Shown: positions 38,928 to 52,122, counted from the first letter of the stretch. The stretch is DNA of 64,000 nucleotides from Macrostomum lignano (GCA_002269645.1 NIVC01002724.1:56461-120460), one strand, 5' to 3'. Translations and numbers: made by a program. The notes: generated by a model from the sequence alone, not told the origin.

Positions 38928-39311
38928 GGGTAGACCTCCCTAAAACACGCACCGCACCGCCTCGAACCGCTACACATTATAACATTTTTTGTCAATGCAG
39001 TATTTGATTGCAAAGAAAACTATTTGTTGTACGAGTAATGGAATAAATATCTTTAATTATTATTATAAATATTGTTATTATTTTTTATATTCTCGTTTTC
39101 ATTAATAAATTATTTTATTAATTTTTTATTAATATTATTAATAATATCACTTCTTATTCACCGAATTTTATATTTTATAGTAAAAAAACTTAATTTAATA
39201 AAAACTTTGAAGCCTAACAGAAAACGCATTTTGAAGTGTCTTCAGTTATAGTCCAATTTGTTTTAATGTGTAGCGCTGCAGGGCGGTGCGGGGCGTGTTT
39301 TAGGGAGACCC
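38928..39311. mobile_element. Mutator-like MITE about 320 bp upstream of the GALC ATG
   Basis: About 50-bp imperfect TIRs (GGG...CTCCCTAAAACACGC.CCGCACCGCC...CGCTACACATTA); 9-bp TSD TTTAACTCT at 38919-38927 and 39312-39320; AT-rich interior. Confidence 0.8.
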
Positions 39312-40707
39312 TTTAACTCTGGGCCTTTTCATATTGCTTGTTCTGGTTCCAGAATTTGTGAAGCATAACTTTTTGTCTCCATAACTAGAGGGAGGTACGT
39401 GCTATAAAGTTTTTATTATTGAATGACAATCGCCAAGAAGAAAGTGAAAAATAGTGCTAAATGAGGTTGTTAAGACAGTCAAACATTCAACAGAATTAAA
39501 TAGTTATACTGCTGTTTTTCTTGGAAGATCCGAACCGATTCTGATTCTGGAATTGGTAATATGAAAAGCCTCTCTGAGGTGCGAAGATTTTTTTATTGCA
39601 TACTACAGTATGTTGGAGTTGCGTGACTTTTTTATGTCTCTATATTCTAAAAGGCTCCAGCATGATGAAGAAAAAGGAAGAATGGGCATATCAAATACAT
39701 TTGTTCTCCCAATCACTTTTCTAGAAAAAAAATTAGTTAAATATATACTGTACAATCAAAACACAAGAACAAAGAAATTACACTCCGAAGGACGTACGTG
39801 CTAGAATGGAACCTGAAACCCGGCTCCAGACCGCGACTAAAACAAACCGACTGAAATCGATAAGTGATCGGGGCTATACACATTAACAACTACAATCACT
39901 GAGATTCACACAGTGCGTACCAAACCCATGCGCCATGTAAACATTTACAGCAAGACTGGTTGATATTTTAATTCGCAATGTTGACATATGAACCTTTTAC
40001 TTTGTACTTTACTTTACCTTAAAATTATATTTTACTTTTTTGTTTCATTCAAGTGTGGCAATATGTTCCGCCAATTAAATTCGAACTTGCATCGATTTTC
40101 GAAATTGAAATCGACATTGAAAAATCTCCAAGCCAACACATTCAAATCAGGAAAATTTCTGATCAAAATTTCAGCTCGTAGAGATTGAACATCGAAGTAG
40201 ATAGACGTGTGAGTTTACCCTCAAATGGATTTCTGGCTAAAATATGTGCTGCTATTTTAATACATAATGAGAAAATTCCATCAATAATATTTCATGACAT
40301 AGTTCGTCTTTTAATACTGGCGCTCTGGTACTCTCTGAAGGGTGATCGACAAAGAAGCATGATGAATGCGATGACTTGAAAGTCTGGCTTCTAAGAGTCT
40401 AACAGAGTGAGACTGAGAAGCCTGCCTTATCCGTTAAATGCACAATTATCAAATTATCAAATTATTAAATGCACAAGCAAATTTTTCTCACAAGTTTTAT
40501 ACATGTACATGGGGGCGCAAGCTGGGCCAACCACTGAGAATAGTTGAACTGGCGGAGTACGTGAAACCAAGGACCACATCAGAATCGTCAAGGAAAACAA
40601 ACAGATGTGGCATGGGGGTTGGGAGCCTACATGTATTTATACTGTAAGTCTGACTGCCAAACTTACAAAATCATGCGCTTCTAAATTACTGCTTTGGCCA
40701 AGAAGAA

Positions 40708-43700
40708 ATGCTGAAACTGTTTCTTAGAATCTTCGCCTGTTGCAGCGTTGTTGAATTCTGGTTCGCGGCTGACGCACAGTCAATCGGTGAGTTGATTATC
40801 CAGTTTGTTGGGACGCTTTTAGCACTGCCGACCGACCCGACGTAAGCAAAATGAGACGTCGACCCGAAGCTCAGCAAAATGCACACAGATACGTAGGATA
40901 GCACACGCTCTGCAAGATGGTTGAGAGCTCGGATCAGCTTACCTCCCTCTCATCTCGACAGGTGCCGCCCAGCTCGACCAGCTCAGCCGGTCTCCGATGG
41001 GCCTCGGCCGCTACTTCCCCGTCTCCTGGGTCGTTCTCGGCAGCAGCGAAACTGATCAGGGCCTGGTGTCGCTCAGCTTCCGAGCCGAGCCAGGCGGACC
41101 CACAGCTCAGGGCGCCCTCCTGAACGGCGACAAATGGGTCCGGATCTACTTTCCTCTGAACTTCACGGTCACTGGCTTTCTGGTGTTCAGCAACATCAGC
41201 AGGGCGGCGAACTCGAGCCCGGTGACCCATTTCTACGCTGGCCACTCGCCCAAGAAATCGCTGATGACCACTTCGCCCGTGTACTCGGCTGACGCATTCA
41301 ACAACAAGGTGAGTCACTGCGATTATAAACTTTATGCACTTGTCTGTTCTCCACTTGGTTTAGTAGCAAGGATTTTTTTTGTAAATTTAACTCTATTATA
41401 TTGGTATTTACGAATTCGGCAAATTATGTCAATATATTCCTAGACACATACACACAAACTCATTTAGTTAGTAACTTTTAGAACATCTTTCGAGCATTGT
41501 CTTAAGCACTGCGACGCTTTTCATCTGATCTGTGAGAAGTCTTCCTAAATGTTGTTTATCGCTCGCAATGATATTTGGTAAGCTATTGCAAATGCTTCTG
41601 ATGCTGGAGAGCATCGCGATCGACTTCCAGAAGCAAAGGTGGGTAGGGGGTGGGGTTCGAGGCCCCCTTTACCTCTCCCCCACCTGGCCAAAGCCCTTGA
41701 AGTTTTATATGCGCTCGAAAAAAGTTTTGTGTTTCCAGAGCCCTGCTTCAGGGTTTCCAGCTAAGCTACTTGTTAACTTACTTTTCATGTTGAATGACAA
41801 GCCTCTTGAAGAAGTATTATATTATTTGATTATAGGTTTTGTGTTTTTTCATAAAAAAGAAAGACATCCGGGAATCGTCGGTTTCCAGTGCATGCCGCGG
41901 CATTTGAGCTGTAAACCGTGTTTAAGCCAAGTTTTGAGAAGTCAATTTTATCCTTCCTTCTTTTTTCTATTTATCTATCTTCTATCTACCTATATTTTAT
42001 ATCTATCTATATAAATAAAGTTGGATCCATCTATTTTCTATCTATCTATATACCTATACTATCTTCTTCCATCTTCCAGATTCAACCGATTGACCAATTT
42101 TGATCGCGTTTTCGCTAAAAGACTTGCAATTATCTGGAAGGAAGACAGTTAAATTTTTTAAATCTACTTTAATGCTAAAGGCATTAAATATTCGAAAAAC
42201 GAGTTTCTCCAATGCTTTGAAGGGATGGCTCATGGGGAATTGCTGAGATGCCAAGACTTATGTGGAGAATTACTGGAATGCAGTTGCTCATGGGAGAATG
42301 GCTCAAGCTGTGAGTTTTTAGCAATTAAGGTTAAGTTAGCGATAGGGTTAAACCATAAAAGAATCCCCCGGTCGTCTATAAAGACTTATGCGTGGGCGAA
42401 TTGCTATTGCCCAGTGGTCTGGCGCACGCTCTGATGTGCCAGCGGCCCAGGCTCGATTCCAAGTTAGAGAGTAAAGACCCAGGAGGTGGATTCTGGAGGG
42501 TAAAGACCCAGAGGGGGGGCATTCACATTAATTTGAGACTAAATTGGTAACCTCGGCTCGTGCAATTAACGCACTTAAGGGCCAACCCCCAAGGCACAGT
42601 GAAGTGTACATGCCTAACGATAAATAAAGTTAGGGCCGCTGTACACTCCTGTGAGAGTGTGTGCCCGTGTGTATGACTGCGTACGTGTCCACGCGCTTGT
42701 GTGCCTGCTCAGGGAAGTCGCGGAATGGGCAGCAATGCCTCTCGCCGGTTGTCTGTTGCTTAAGTGCGCCAAGGTGCACACAACCCCTGCGTCTTTTGAA
42801 ACATAGCAAAAAACTATTCATTGGCTAAGCGACTGTCTCGCTCAAAACGACAAGGCTCTTTACAACTGCTTGGAGATTATATTAAAGAAAAGTTCCGACA
42901 AGGCTTCGATTTTGTGAAATAAAATACACTATTGCCATGCGCATACAAACTTCACAGTGCTTTCTCGAATTTACGGCTCGTAGATCCAATATTGATTTTT
43001 GCATTCTCCATCAGCCAAACGTTTGTCAGTTTCCACACTCCAAATTTACTTTGTAGAACCTGATCCATACCGGTAGATGACTGCAGTTGGCACCCAGTGC
43101 AGCTTTGTACAGGATCGTAGAGAAAATTGTGAAAATTCTGTTAGATTAAGTTTCATTATCTAAACTCAATTCAGATCCGGTTGTGAAACTCAAATAAGAA
43201 ATCTACATGCAGCAGCAAACTCTGATATTCAACACCGATCCAGACGAGACCAACTATAAAAGTTTTCCCAGTGCGTTCAGTTTTTGTAGACGCTACAAAA
43301 TGCCTGAAGGATCGATCTTATATTGAAATTAGAAGTCGTCTGCTAAATCGTTTCCCACATTTGGTTAATTATAGTATTCACTGACTCATGGGGGAGATTG
43401 TTGAGATTTCAAGGCCTAATTTGGAGTTGCTTGGTAGGTAGCAGTGGCGTAGCCAGGAGGGGGGAGCCGGAGGGCCGCGGCCCCCCCCCCCCAATCGCCT
43501 GGGGGTGGCGTTGGGCGCGGCGATACCAAAAACCATGAGGCAATTGAGTGCCTGCGGCGCTAAATTGAGTGCCTGCGGCGCTAAAATGAGTGACTGCGGC
43601 GCTAAAATGAGTGCCTGCGGCGCTAAAAATGAGTGCCTGCGGCGCTAAATTGAGTGCCTGCGGCGCCAAAATGAGTGCCTGCGGCGCCAAAATGAGTGCC

Positions 43701-46700
43701 TGCGGCGCTAAATTGAGTGCCTGCGGCGCCAAAATGAGTGCCTGCGGCGCCAAAATGAGTGCCTGCGGCGCCAAAATGAGTGCCTGCGGCGCTAAAATGA
43801 GTGCCTGCGGCGCCAAAATGAGTGCCTGCGGCGCTAAAATGAGTGCCTGCGGCGCCAAAATGAGTGCCTGCGGCGCCAAAATGAGTGCCTGCGGCGCCAA
43901 AATGAGTGCCTGCGGCGCCAAAATGAGTGCCTGCGGCGCCAAAAGTGGCAATGGCATAAGGCATGGCCAGCCAGGCCAACCCGACCCCCCCCCAATTGAA
44001 ATTCCTGGCTACGCCACTGGTAGGTAGGCCAAGCATCAACGGGAGATTTACGGTTAAGTCATAGCTTAAATTGAGTCTTTGAGGCCGAGGTTCACAGGGC
44101 CTGATGCTATTTTGCTAAAAACGTCATTTTCCTTGAAGATAACAAATAACAATAGCGACCGTATACAATCTCAAAACCTGCATGTAGTTTATTGAAACAT
44201 TTATTATTCTATTCTTTTTTGCCTCCCCAACGGGGAGCGCAGATTGAAAGTCACATCTAACTATGAATCAGTGTGTCCAAACGCCTTTGTTCTGACTTGG
44301 CTTGTCTCAACCATTTTTTACTTCTAAATTCGTTTAGCGATACTGGTCCCAGCGTCTACTCTGCCCAGCCGTGACGTCAGAAGCCTTTCACTGGACCGCA
44401 TCATCGTGTTCTCCATATTTCGCATAATTCGCGTCTCCAATCCTTTTAGCCTCAACCGCTTAGTTAGTTTAGTTTGGGGTGGCCCTGAAAAGGGCCGTTT
44501 GACTTTCCAGTCAGTCTTTTTGATGCACAAAACCTACAGGTCGCTTGCCGTGTCGCCTTTGCCTTTTATGTAGAATGGGGGTGGTTGCTTTGGTTGGCTT
44601 CTGCTATTCAATTTATTGGCTTTATCGGTTTTTCCCTGGGTGGCCCTTTCTTATGGATTTCTAAACGCGGCCTAAAAGCTCGATCCATTCTCTGCTCTAA
44701 CACCTGTTTGTGGTTATAAAATAGCCCACATTTCCCTCAATAGACTGTGCCACCCACACAGTCTGTGTCCTATTGAAACTCTAAGCAAAGCAATCACAAG
44801 CAACTAACCAAGTTTGCGACACTCTACTGCTACAGTAGCAGTTAGTAGTATGATTGAAATCCGACAATTCTTTTCCTTTAAGCTAGCTATGTACGAGATA
44901 AGAAGAATATAAGCAAATAAGATACTTCTTTGCATTTCTTTAGATTGGTTTTTTTAAATTGTTGCATATACGAATGTATTCAAGCATTTAGTCATTTCCA
45001 GTGTCACCGGTGTCGCATTTGAACACTGTATTTGGGGAGACGAAGCAATAAAACAAAAGCAGTTTGAAAAGGAAAGCAGATCGCAGCTGATCAAACTGAA
45101 CGGATAACTGATAGGGCAGAAAATAAGCAAAATCATTTTGCTGTGAATGTCCTTGAAATTAGCCAAGTATCTTACGAGTATCATTATCTACCGGTCTTAC
45201 TGTCGTGGCTACAGATGACTGAGAACATGGTTTTCTTTTCAACTCACCATAAACTTACCAAAGCTTTTACACTAATCATTTTAATTCCTTGTATTTTACC
45301 CTTCCACCCCCAGACCGAGTACTCTGTATCGTGCGCCAACACGGACAAGTCGCCCTGTCTCGTAGCGCTCAACAGTCCATTTGAAACCCAGTTGGCTTAC
45401 TTTGAAGCAACAAACTGCAATACCAGTTGCATTCTGCAGCTTGACTTAATTGGCCATCCAAGTCCTAATGGTGAGTGAAAATTGATCCAACCTTCGTTAT
45501 CCACTGTTGTTGATTGTTTTTAGCTTCCGTAAAAACAACGGATCTGATTCCGATGCAAACTGTTTAAATCGAAGCAATGGTGCACGCAGGGAATTTTAAT
45601 TAGAATGGACCGCAGTCCTAAGGTACGCCAATATTTGGTGTCATGGTGGGCGCCTCTGTCTCTTCGAACCTATCCCTCGGTGCGCGCCACTATTCCTGTC
45701 TCATTGGCCAGTGGATGCCACGTCCAAAAGTTGCCACGTGCACGTCAATGCAAAATTGAGCTCCTGTCATTCGTCGAGATTGGTTGCCTCCTTCACTTAC
45801 TCTTATTTTTTGGAGGGACTTCTGTGTACGCCACTATTAAAGGGTTACTAGCTACGCAAGTTAACTTTGTTAACAGGTCGAATCTAAAATCACTAGATAA
45901 GAATTACGAGTAGATACAGAAATTCCCTAAAATTCGGCCAAAGCTTTGGATGTCTGTCCAGAAACTCTAGAGAGTCTTGCTGGAATTAACCCTAGAGTAA
46001 ATTTTTTTACTTGTAAGTTCTTGAAGTTGAAGATTCGAAACTCTGATCACATGCTGAGATGCGTTGTTATGAAATGTGCGACATACTAATGTTTAGAATT
46101 TTGAGAAACTTCTAAGCGTAACGTGAGACGGAAGTCGATAGCGTCAACTTCCGTCTGCAGGTCAACAAATCGCAGATTTAGTTTTACTGCGTACACTTTT
46201 GTTTGAGCGTCTGCAATGTAAAACATTCGATGTTAAACTTCAGCTTGCCCAGTTATCAACAGCTCAGACTACTCAAAATCTGGGCTCTGGAGCAGCCGCT
46301 CAGAGACTCTGCTGCAGCTAAACTTCTCGCGGATTCACTACGTGACTGCCTTCACGCTTGTCAACCTGCCAGCTGGCGGCAGCTTCTGGGTGTCCTACCA
46401 GCTGGCGGCCGGCAAGGGCTTCGTCAATCTGACTCACGCCTGGAATGACAGCCTGTGGATTGTAAGATTCTCAGAAAATAAAATATAGTGACTGTAGTCG
46501 GTAAGAGACCCGGTTGTTGGGTCGTGTGGACACAAAAAATTGCCCACACTGGCTTTGGGAGAGAGTGAAGAGAGTGAAGCCAGGATACAGAGGCGTTGGG
46601 ATAAACAATGAATCTCTTGAGGTTCAGCGCTGACAGAAGTACAATACCCCTAAACTGTAGCACCGTAGCCGTTGGTCGCCGTTAGGATCATCACTTGTCT

Positions 46701-47892
46701 GTTACTCTCACTGGACAATTGTTTGGTGCCGAAAAAACTAGATTTAGATTAAAAATGAATGAAAATTCAATAAAAATTCAGTTTCAGTATTGGTACATAA
46801 GTTAGAAAACTCTTATAACCTTCTTATTTGGAGTTGAGGACCAATCAAAATACGTCTAGTTGCCTAGTTCATCTCAGACTGACAAGAATCACTGGTAACT
46901 GATAGCTGGTACATTCACCAGTCACCAGTCGTTTATGAACTCTCGCTCAGGTGCTAATCGCGTCAATAATTATTTCATGCCCCCCCCAGTTTCCCATCAC
47001 CTACACTAGCGAGACCTTCGTTATGCCGTTCTCCCTGACGCCGCTGAGTCTGACGCTTCACTTCGCCGCTGGATCAGCCGAAATTGCCGTTGCCTCGGTG
47101 CAAGGCTGTAAAGTCAATGGTGAGTGTCCATAAGCTGCAGAAAAAGCAAAGGAGAATAAAAATACAGTTGGCATTCTTTAACAATTCGCTAGTCTGCCCC
47201 GATGGTTGGATGGCGTCGTTGCACAGCTGCTGGTACCCGGTGGAAAACCGAGTCACCTGGACCGCTGCCAGCCAGTTCTGCTCCGAGCACACCTGGGGCG
47301 GCGTCAGGGGCCGCCTGTTGGACGCCAAGACTGCCGTGGAACGCAGCTTTGTCGCGCCTCCGTGAGTTTTCGTGTAGGAGAATTGGCTGGGAGCATTGCT
47401 GCGGGTACACCGGGGGTGAAAGGGGCGTAGCGGTAGCGCTCCTAGTACCAGGTTCGATTCCTCGCATGGAATCTTGTCCTGGGGTAATCTGTGTGATTCT
47501 ACGCCGGACCCTCAAGGTGCAGTGTGTGTACGTACACTGCCTGACAATGCGAAGTGCATGTGCGCATTCAGGGGTCAGTGAAATGGATGCGTGCACTTGA
47601 CTCCTCTCTGCCAGTGTTTAGTACACGCAATACAAACTCAGGTGGCGAGGAAGAATTTCTTCAGTTTGTTTAAAATTCAATCGAAAATCTACACATTTCT
47701 TGACGTCCAAGCAGCAAACATGCATTTCATACAATGTGCTCACGTGCTACCGTCTGGAAGCAAAGCAAAGAATGTTCCCGCGAAATTTTCAGTCAATCAG
47801 TCAGTCAGTCACGCATTCACTCACTCTAGTCAGTCAGTCAGTCAGTCAGTCAGTCATTCACTAAAGTCAGTCAGTCAGTCAGTCAGTCAGTC

Positions 47893-47924
<32 letters not shown>

Positions 47925-48515
47925 ACTCACTCTAGTCTGTCAGTCAGTCAGTCAGTCAGTCAGTCAGTCAGTCACTCACTAAAGTCAGTCAGTCAGTCAG
48001 TCAGTCAGTCAGTCATTCACTAAAGTCAGTCAGTCAGTCAGTCAGTCAGTCATTCACTAAAGTCAGTCAGTCAGTCAGTCAGTCAAGTCAGTCAGTCATT
48101 CACTAAAGTCAGTCAGTCAGTCAGTCAGTCAGTCAGTCATTCACTAAAGTCAGTCAGTCAGTCAGTCAGTCAGTCAGTCAGTCAGTCATTCACTAAAGTC
48201 AGTCAGTCAGTCAAGTCAGTCATTCACTAAAGTCAGTCAGTCAGTCAGTCAGTCAAGTCAGTCATTCACTAAAGCCAGTCAGTCAGTCAGTCAGTCAGTC
48301 ATTCACTAAAGTCAGTCAGTCAGTCAAGTCAGTCATTCACTAAAGTCAGTCAGTCAGTCAGTCAGTCAGTCATTCACTAAAGTCAGTCAGTCAGTCAGTC
48401 AGTCATTCACTAAAGTCAGTCAGTCAGTCAGTCAGTCAAGTCAGTCATTCACTAAAGTCAGTCAGTCAGTCAGTCAGTCAGTCAGTCAGTCAGTCAGTCA
48501 GTCAGTCAGTCAGTC

Positions 48516-48547
<32 letters not shown>

Positions 48548-51500
48548 ACTCACTCTAGTCTGTCAGTCAGTCAGATTTCATAAAAATGGATGAAACTGGA
48601 TCAACTGGATTGAAGTTCGATAAATTGAAGTTCAATGCGCCCTATTCACACTGGTCCATGGTACGTGTACGTTGGGTGACGAGCAGCTTCTTACAAAAAA
48701 ACAACAGGAGTTCCGGAAGCGACGCCAGCTACTTCAGTTATTTTCACACGGGTCTCAAGCGTAACGCCAGCAACAACCAGTGGGTCTGGGGTGACGGCAC
48801 CCAGCCTGAGGTTGGCGCCTTCTACATGGGCCGGCCCGCGCCCAACTGTGCCGCGCTGGACACTTTCACCGGAGCCATGGTGGACGTCACCTGCGGCCTG
48901 CAGCTCAAATTCATCTGCCAGATCGATAAGTACATTGGTGAGCGACTTGGCTCAAATTGGATGAATTTTAACGTTGAATACTTCTCTTAGTTACTTTGAT
49001 TTTGTTTGATTTTACAGAATCACCAAACGACTGGCATGCGATCCAGCTGAGCAGTGGTTCCACGTGTGACTATACAAGGAAGGATAATATCACTACCGTG
49101 TCTGGAATGTTTCAAGCCCTTCGCCTGCTGAACTTGGACAGCCAGAGTAGCAAACATGTGGAGTGCGGATCCAGCTGCACTTTTGTCATGAGTTCGCCCG
49201 ACGACTGTTCTAGAAGCAGGGCGTACAAGATCAAATACTATCAAATGCAGGGAAGGCAGAGTGAGTTTTCTGTTATTTTTTGCAACTATAAGCCCAAACC
49301 TTAATTTGAATGAAAGTTATGTATATGTACATGTTCTTCGATTGTTACTTACTGTTGTTAACAGTAGAAAGACCATTGGGGTGTATTTCAAATACACATA
49401 TTTTTCCTTTGTCTGGATCTGCAAAAATATTCAACCAGTTGCCATGAAAATCCAGAACACGGGCTAAAATTTTCTGCTCTATTCGATGAAGCAACTTCAA
49501 AAATCACGAAAAATCGGCATCGTCGAGATATTCAACGATTCTCCTTGGGGTGTCTGGTGGCAAAACCACCAATATTGGCAAAATTTTTCTGCTCACAAAA
49601 TCTCATCACGAAACCACGTCGGCTCAAAAAACTATACATATCAGTCGCAGGGACTTTGCTCTCAGCATCCCAGGCACCAGGGTCCCCTTCATCATCGTCT
49701 GGAGCATCGGCGGCGACCGTCAGGATCTTCAACAAAAGCACCCGATCGGCATCTCAGAGACGGCTGCGTTCCCAAAACTGAAATGGAAGAATCCTATCCT
49801 GCATGCAACATTCAGTCAGTAGGCATAATCGGTGAATGAAATGGACGATGGCTACCCTCTAGGCTGACCTGTAGACATACAGGCGACCTTCGGGACCTTC
49901 AACGGAGTGTCACCACGCGGCCCCGACGAGCTGAAACCCCCCGACATCGTGATTTTAACATGGTGCAGGACCATCGTATAATATGCAGACATGCCTGGTT
50001 TGGTGCCTTGATAGAAAAATCACGATGTTGGCGGTGTCAGCTCGTCGGGGCCGCGTGGTGACACTCCGTTGAAGGTCCCGAAGGTCGTCCAGACAGAGCT
50101 GAATGCTGAACACGATGAGGACCATTGTATAATATGCAGACATGCCTGGCTTGGTGCCTTGATAGAAAAATCACGATGTTGGCGGTGTCAGCTCATCGGA
50201 GCCGCGTGGTGACACTCCGTTGAAGGTCCCGAAGGTCGCCTGTATGTCTACAGGTCAGCCTAAAGGGTCGCCATCGTCCATTTCATTCACCGATTATGTC
50301 TACTGACTGAATGCTGCATGCAGAAGAGCATTCTTCCATTTCAGTTTTGAGAATGCAGCCGTCTCTGAGATGCCGATCGGGTGCTTTTGTTGAAGATCCC
50401 GACGGTCGCCGCCGATGCTCCAGACGATGATGAAGGGAACCCTGGTGCCTGGGATGCTGAGACCAAAGGCCTCTACGACAGATTGACCCAGATTATTGAG
50501 CCAATATGGATTCACCATAAAGGTTTATACAGTGTAGTGTTGGTTGTCCTTGCCACCAGTGTCTTCGACAAGAATCGTTGAATATCTCGACGATGCTGAC
50601 GTCGCATGACTTTGAAAGTTAATTCGTCGAAAATGGCGGAAAATATTGAATTATATGGTAGACTTTTATGAAAATCGGTAATTCGGTTTGCGAGCTATCG
50701 TGAAATAGGTCGTGTGTATTTGTAATACACCCCCGTGGTCTTCCCCATGGGGAAAAATAGCGTGTTCTTTCTACTGTTACGAGTAATTGGTTTTGTAGCT
50801 AGTTTTAAGCAGTTAATTAATTTTAGTTTTTAAAATAACCGTTCTTTTATCGATAAAGTACATGGATACAGTAAACGTAAAGCTGGAGTTCGTCCATCCG
50901 TCATCCACCCATCCATCGAAATTCCATCCATCATAAAGACTCAAAGCATGTTGAAAAATAGTAGCTAATTTCATTTCTGTTTCCAATGCATAACGATTTG
51001 TCATTGCTTGCTCGGTTCTTCAGACTGCATGCAGCCTCTGCTTCCTGGCATTCCCGGCCAACTCGAGGTGGCTGTGTCAGCCTCCAGCAGCAATTACAGG
51101 CGCGGTCCAGAGACTGCCCTTCTAGGAGCAACTCTCAACTATGAAGGTGCGATGCCAGAATAGTTTACCTGATTTTATAAAAGCTGTCACAATAACCCAA
51201 TGACCGATCCAAAACCAAACAGATCACCTAAAGTGCACCGTAGTTGGAGGCGACTCAAACTTCTACGACTATGGCGTCACGATGACCGCCTCAGGAAGAG
51301 CGTGCGTACCTTGGACTGGATCGAATTCTGCATTCAATCGGTCCTGCGTCACTCGTGAGTATAGATTTATGAGAAACTGTAGAACAATGACCAGTTAGAG
51401 TACAGGGAAAAGACACTTCTAGGAGGCGAAATTGAAAGCTTTGAGGTCTAATGATTTCAAAACAAAATATAATTCAGTAATGATTTCTGTTTCTGGCTAA

Positions 51501-52122
51501 GGGCCGGGCAAATGCTCGTAACTTGCCTACGAAATAGCTTAGTTGAACCGATGAAACAGTTTATCTCTAGGGGTGCAATACAATACGGTGTAGCGACTGA
51601 CAAAGCTTGCTACGTATATACGTGGAGCGAGTGTATCTCGCAGAGCGGAAGAAGGCGCGGCTTAGAAGGGAGAAGATACAGAGCCTTTTACTAGGCCAGA
51701 CCGATGTAAGTCGATCTTTGTAAGTCTTTGGTCAGCCGGGTAACTCATCCCTGTCCAGACAGTGCGTGAGATGTCTGGCGGACAAACTGCCTGGGGCGGA
51801 GCGCTCACTCCGCCACAACAGTATATTTATATCCTAGAAATCAAATAAAAAATCAAAGATTGCTACAAACTTTATGTTAAAAGTGGCAAGTATATGTCAA
51901 GGGTGGCCATACCGGCACGCGAAGTGTGTGCTTTGGAGTACGCAACCCTAAAAAATTCTAAGAATTAAATTCTATTTGAGTAAAATGTAGATTTCACACC
52001 TAATTAAGTGAATCAATTTTCCCTTTGTAATTCAGTTTCAGCTGGAAAAACAACCAGATGCCAAGTTAACAGCACTGGCGGAACTGAAAACTGTCACAAC
52101 TCAATGGAGGATTTTCTGTGCT
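40708..52122 (+). CDS. Secreted multidomain protein: signal peptide, two discoidin (F5/8C)-like domains, C-type lectin, PAN/Apple-like, third F5/8C start and kringle-like segment; 3' end not resolved
   Basis: Phase-consistent GT-AG exons: 40708-40786 (MLKLFLRIFACCSVVEFWFAADAQSI), 40962-41308, 45314-45470 (CILQLDLIG), 46244-46461, 46990-47119, 47193-47361 (CPDGW...CW...TWTAASQFC), 48708-48937 (GLKR...WVWGDG...C...C...KFICQ), 49018-49260, 51024-51146 (CMQPLLPG...SASS), 51244-51354 (VTMTASGRACVPW), 52042-52122. Confidence 0.8.
42400..42630 (+). mobile_element. tRNA-like SINE; 3' tail shared with a partial copy at 52278-52320
   Basis: A-box-like TGCCCAGTGG at 42408, B-box-like GGCTCGATTCC at 42451; tail GGGCCAACCCCCAA...GGCACAG...GTGTACATGCCT recurs at 52278. 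Confidence 0.5.
43442..44019. mobile_element. hAT-like non-autonomous element carrying a 21-bp internal tandem array
   Basis: Perfect 17-bp TIR CAGTGGCGTAGCCAGGA / TCCTGGCTACGCCACTG; 8-bp TSD GTAGGTAG (43434-41, 44020-27); about 19 copies of AAAATGAGTGCCTGCGGCGC(C/T). Confidence 0.92.
44476..44500 (-). promoter_or_regulatory. Replication-dependent histone mRNA 3' stem-loop motif (orphan)
   Basis: Minus strand reads AAACGGCCCTTTTCAGGGCCACCCC, matching the canonical SLBP-binding stem-loop with flanks. Confidence 0.6.
47415..47575 (+). mobile_element. tRNA-like SINE
   Basis: A-box-like GGCGTAGCGG near 47424, B box GGTTCGATTCC at 47451; tail CCCTCAAGGTGCAGTGTGTGTAC resembles the 42400 copy. Confidence 0.45.
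47790..48575. repeat. (GTCA)n microsatellite interrupted by TTCACTAAA
   Basis: Direct inspection; lies between the two C-type-lectin exons. Confidence 0.97.
49348..50786. mobile_element. Foldback-like nested palindromic element in intron 8 of the lectin gene
   Basis: About 300-bp arms 49654-49955 versus 50170-50468; perfect 26-bp inverted pair GCATCGTCGAGATATTCAACGATTCT (about 49516) / AGAATCGTTGAATATCTCGACGATGC (about 50570); outer imperfect pairs about 49350-49400 versus 50710-50786. Confidence 0.75.

Noticed and set aside
40686-40904. Minus-strand 72-aa ORF
   Set aside because: Antisense shadow of the signal-peptide exon 40708-40786
42880-43370. Stop-interrupted plus frame faintly like a P-element/THAP9 transposase C-terminus (PSAALYRIVEKIVK...)
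   Set aside because: Several stops and no diagnostic motif I can confirm without a profile search
45575-45836. Possible further hAT-like MITE (CAATGGTGCACGCAG / CTGTGTACGCCACTA)
   Set aside because: TIRs have four mismatches in 15 and there is no matching TSD
46126-46156. 13-bp hairpin AGACGGAAGTCGA...TCAACTTCCGTCT (Helitron end or terminator?)
   Set aside because: No CTRR terminus or poly-T follows; single occurrence
49486-50581. ORFs of 66-117 aa in the foldback
   Set aside because: They appear as mirrored pairs on both strands because of the inversion; no recognisable domain
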